DNA from: a bacterium
GTDB taxonomy: Bacteria; UBA8248
DNA length: 64,000 nucleotides
Assembly: GCA_965200245.1 (NCBI GenBank)
Contig: CBDATS010000004.1
Location: forward strand, 992,001 to 1,056,000
Direction: 5' to 3'
Under the pieces are notes generated by a model. The model had not been told where the DNA came from, did not search any database, and was given only the letters and a program-made list of their open reading frames with translations. The translations under genes were made by a program, and so were the position numbers. Positions 61,613-64,000 of this stretch are shown in pieces (within the stretch, counting starts at the first letter, position 1; each line of letters opens with the position of its first letter).

Positions 61613-61912
61613 CTACAGTTTCCTGTTCATGCGTCCGTGGCGTACGTGAAGTACCTCGACCACATCGCCGCTGATGAGGTACAGTACACGTTAATCACCG
61701 ATAATCAGATGTCGTATGCCCTGCTGGATATCCGCATCCTCCGGTGCCAACTTGCAGCGTTCAACCAGCAGGTCGATCCCCTCGATAGCCCCGATAATCT
61801 GCAGATACCAATTCAGCGCATTTTGTGGAGACTCTTCGGCTATCTGACAGTATCTCCATTCAAGATCGTTTTCCGCTGTCGGCTTGATTTCAATATGGTA
61901 TTTCTTCTTCAA
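61613..61912 (-). pseudogene. RelE/ParE family toxin with an internal TAA
   Basis: YHIEIKPTAENDL...IAEESPQNA...RHLIIGD*RVLYLISGDVVEVLHVRHGRMNRKL*. TAA at 61691-61693 where Tyr is expected (GxYRV). Confidence 0.85.
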
Positions 61913-62184
61913 TGGGTAATGTCGTGCCTGGACTCAAACCCGTCGGTAAATTCCCGGAGCGGTCGGCCCTCCTCCACCATGGCTTGCCTGATGTTTTTAA
62001 GGCTTTCGGCATACTCCGCAAGTGCAGCCATTTTCTCGTAGGTTTCGGCGTCTTGGACAACCACCGCGGCCTTGCCGTCGACCGTAAGTATCTCCGGGCG
62101 CTTGCTTTCAGACAACCGTTCGATGTGCTCCATCGGTTTGCGGCTGAATTCCGTCACCGTATAAATATCCGAACTTCGAAACAT
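61909..62184 (-). CDS. Phd/YefM family antitoxin
   Basis: DIYTVTEFSR, PEILTVDGKAAVVVQDAETYE. 4-nt overlap with the toxin start. Confidence 0.88.
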   Translation of the reverse strand: MFRSSDIYTVTEFSRKPMEHIERLSESKRPEILTVDGKAAVVVQDAETYEKMAALAEYAESLKNIRQAMVEEGRPLREFTDGFESRHDITH

Positions 62185-62675
62185 TCTCCCCGTCTCCTGG
62201 ACAAAGGAAAAGTAAAATTCTTCTCTGTTTATGTGAAATTTCAACTGTTTGGCAAGCTACGATTCGCATATCCACCCCTGAATTATGGCTGAATCCGGTA
62301 CGTGGATAGAATGGGAAGCTGAATCGATAGCTCGTTCAAGAACGCAGGTATTCTCTGCTGTCGCCTGTAATCTTGAGAATCGCCCGGGGTCCTGAACCAT
62401 TTCTTTGGCTTCAAAAAATTACAGACGAACTCCGTTCCAGTTGATTTCGGCCCTGTTTGGATTTTTGGATAGTAGTGTGAATATCATTTGTCACAGTCTC
62501 GACTATCCTGGCGCCATTTGACCCGATTTTTGCACGTTCGACAACCAAAGATACGTTGCTACAAAGCCTGGTCTAGGTACATGGAGTTTTGTAATGTACA
62601 AGACATGGGATGCAACAGTTGCCGCTGCCATTATGGACTGCAGGGCTAATTTCCGGAGTTAGCAAAGAACTATGC

Positions 62676-63385
62676 TCAAAAAGCTTTGTGTTCAGGCAGC
62701 TTGTCGAGCACGTTCGCGGTCCTGTGCACCCGGCGGCGCTGTACCCGGGTCTCGGGATACACCTCGGCCAGGGCCGACCGGAACCCTGGCCCCCCGTCGC
62801 CCACCGCCAGCCTTGCCGCCTTCACACCCCGGTCCCTTGAACTCAACAACACCGCCTTCCAGCTCTCCCTCGACTCGCGGAACCCCGCCCCCAGGGCCAG
62901 GAAGTGCTTGCGACCGCGCGTGTCGCAGCCCACTGCCACCAGGAGACACCGTCTCTCCCCGCTGCGCACGTCTCGTCTTCTTCAGATACGGCGGCAGCAA
63001 CTCCGGGCGGAAGCACCGGCCCTGTCCCGCGTCCGCGGCACACGGACCCGTACCGGGCCGATCCCCGTCAGTACCTCCCGCGACGGGAGCCAGCCGTTGC
63101 GCACGGGCCCGCGGCGACCCCGGGCGTCGCGCGCGGCCTCGTGCTCCTCCGGGAAGTTCCGCAGTTCCGCCTCCACCGCCTGGCGGATGATGCGCTGCGC
63201 GCCCGCGCGCAACAGTTCACTCAGTTCGTCCCGAAAGGCTGGATTCACGAAGGGAATCGTCGTATCTTCCTGCATGGTGGTGCATCTCCTCCTTGCTGAA
63301 TGACCGGGCTGTGAACAACCCCGGTTCAGCAGGGATGCGCCGCCTTCTTCAATTCAGCCCCATACACCAGATCCGACAGTAACTC
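62676..63385 (-). mobile_element. IS256-family insertion sequence remnant
   Basis: Transposase fragments LLRAGAQRIIRQAVEAE, RNGWLPSREVLTGIGPV, PPYL, GFRESRESW, GDGGPGF, QRRRVHRTANVLDKLP. Frameshift, internal deletion near 62970, 3' truncation. IR-like end GAGTTACTGTCGGATCTGGTGTATG at 63385. Confidence 0.88.
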
Positions 63386-63460
63386 TGGTGAAAAAAGCAA
63401 CGAAGATATTCACGTAATTTGATTGCCCGGAGAATTAACTTTTATAGGATCCCTTAACTT

Positions 63461-64000
63461 ATGGCTCTTGAATTCGATTTTTTGTCTAAGTTGGAGTATT
63501 TGCCAACCGAATCTATCTTGGAAATTTTGCGTTCAAAAGATCGTCCAACCGGTACTGCCGACTTGACGATAGAAAATCAAATATCTCCGGCAGATCTATT
63601 TTGCTATCTACACGCACGTTACGGTCCCCCTAATGGCATTCAAAATTTCTTAAGACAGGATAGTTCGGACAACTTGTTCCATTGGGAATGGACATTTCGT
63701 TACGGTAGTGGATTGCTGCTCATACAAGGAGCTAATTTCCGCACACACATCACGTTTATCGGTGATTGTGGCGTTGAGGATAGCGACCTGAATAAATTCA
63801 TAACCTGTGTAAAAGCAGATTTCCAAAATCAGAGCAAGGGCATGGCAAAGTGCCGGGAATCACTGGAATTATGGGTTGAATTCATTAATCCGTACCAGCG
63901 CCTGCGTCGAGCAATAGACCAACTTGTCGAGGAACTTACCACAATAAAACCAGACGAATTAACGGAACCTTCATCTCTACTCTCATCATCTGACCGCTCG
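63461..64000 (+). CDS. Unknown lower-GC protein, runs off the window
   Basis: Manual translation, open for 180 codons: MALEFDFLSKLEYLP...SPADLFCYLHARYGPPNGIQNFLRQDSSDNLFHWEWTF...WVEFINPYQRLRRAI. Missing from the ORF track because it has no stop in the window. Confidence 0.7.
   Translation, partial: MALEFDFLSKLEYLPTESILEILRSKDRPTGTADLTIENQISPADLFCYLHARYGPPNGIQNFLRQDSSDNLFHWEWTFRYGSGLLLIQGANFRTHITFIGDCGVEDSDLNKFITCVKADFQNQSKGMAKCRESLELWVEFINPYQRLRRAIDQLVEELTTIKPDELTEPSSLLSSSDRS

Noticed and set aside
44060-61693. In-frame stops as evidence of stop-codon reassignment or selenocysteine/pyrrolysine
   Set aside because: All three stop types occur (TGA, TAG, TAA), they sit among frameshifts and deletions, and intact genes end normally with each stop. 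Pseudogenization is simpler.
61403-62041. 212-aa plus-strand ORF
   Set aside because: Antisense to the well-supported Phd/ParE pair and has no motifs.

Overview
A GC-rich bacterial chromosome segment in two parts. Bases 1-43.6 kb hold mostly intact genes: a catabolic cluster (Dpp/Opp-type ABC permeases and binding protein, FAH hydrolase, two tandem ThDP-dependent E1 alpha/beta pairs with no E2/E3, a CMD-family protein, a DHPON-hydrolase-like alpha/beta hydrolase, an LLM oxidoreductase and an M24-fold enzyme missing most metal ligands), a split F1F0 ATP synthase operon (b', b, delta, alpha, gamma, beta, epsilon; no a or c), a TAXI-TRAP transporter, a two-domain ThyX, an RND efflux pair, QueG and assorted hydrolases and oxidoreductases. 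Bases 43.7-64 kb are a decaying accessory region: a sulfatase, two NitT/TauT-type ABC systems, three Rid-family genes, two ACMSD-like amidohydrolases, an LVIVD-repeat protein, an MBL hydrolase, hidden Rieske and Gfo/Idh/MocA remnants, HipBA, Fic and Phd-ParE modules, an IS256 remnant and a lower-GC unknown ORF running off the end. At least a dozen of these genes carry nonsense codons, frameshifts or deletions. No rRNA, tRNA or CRISPR array was found. The best candidate for an undescribed system is the double E1 alpha/beta cluster at 1.6-12.4 kb, where one beta subunit lacks the conserved ThDP-activating Glu. All family calls come from motif recognition by eye, with no database search.
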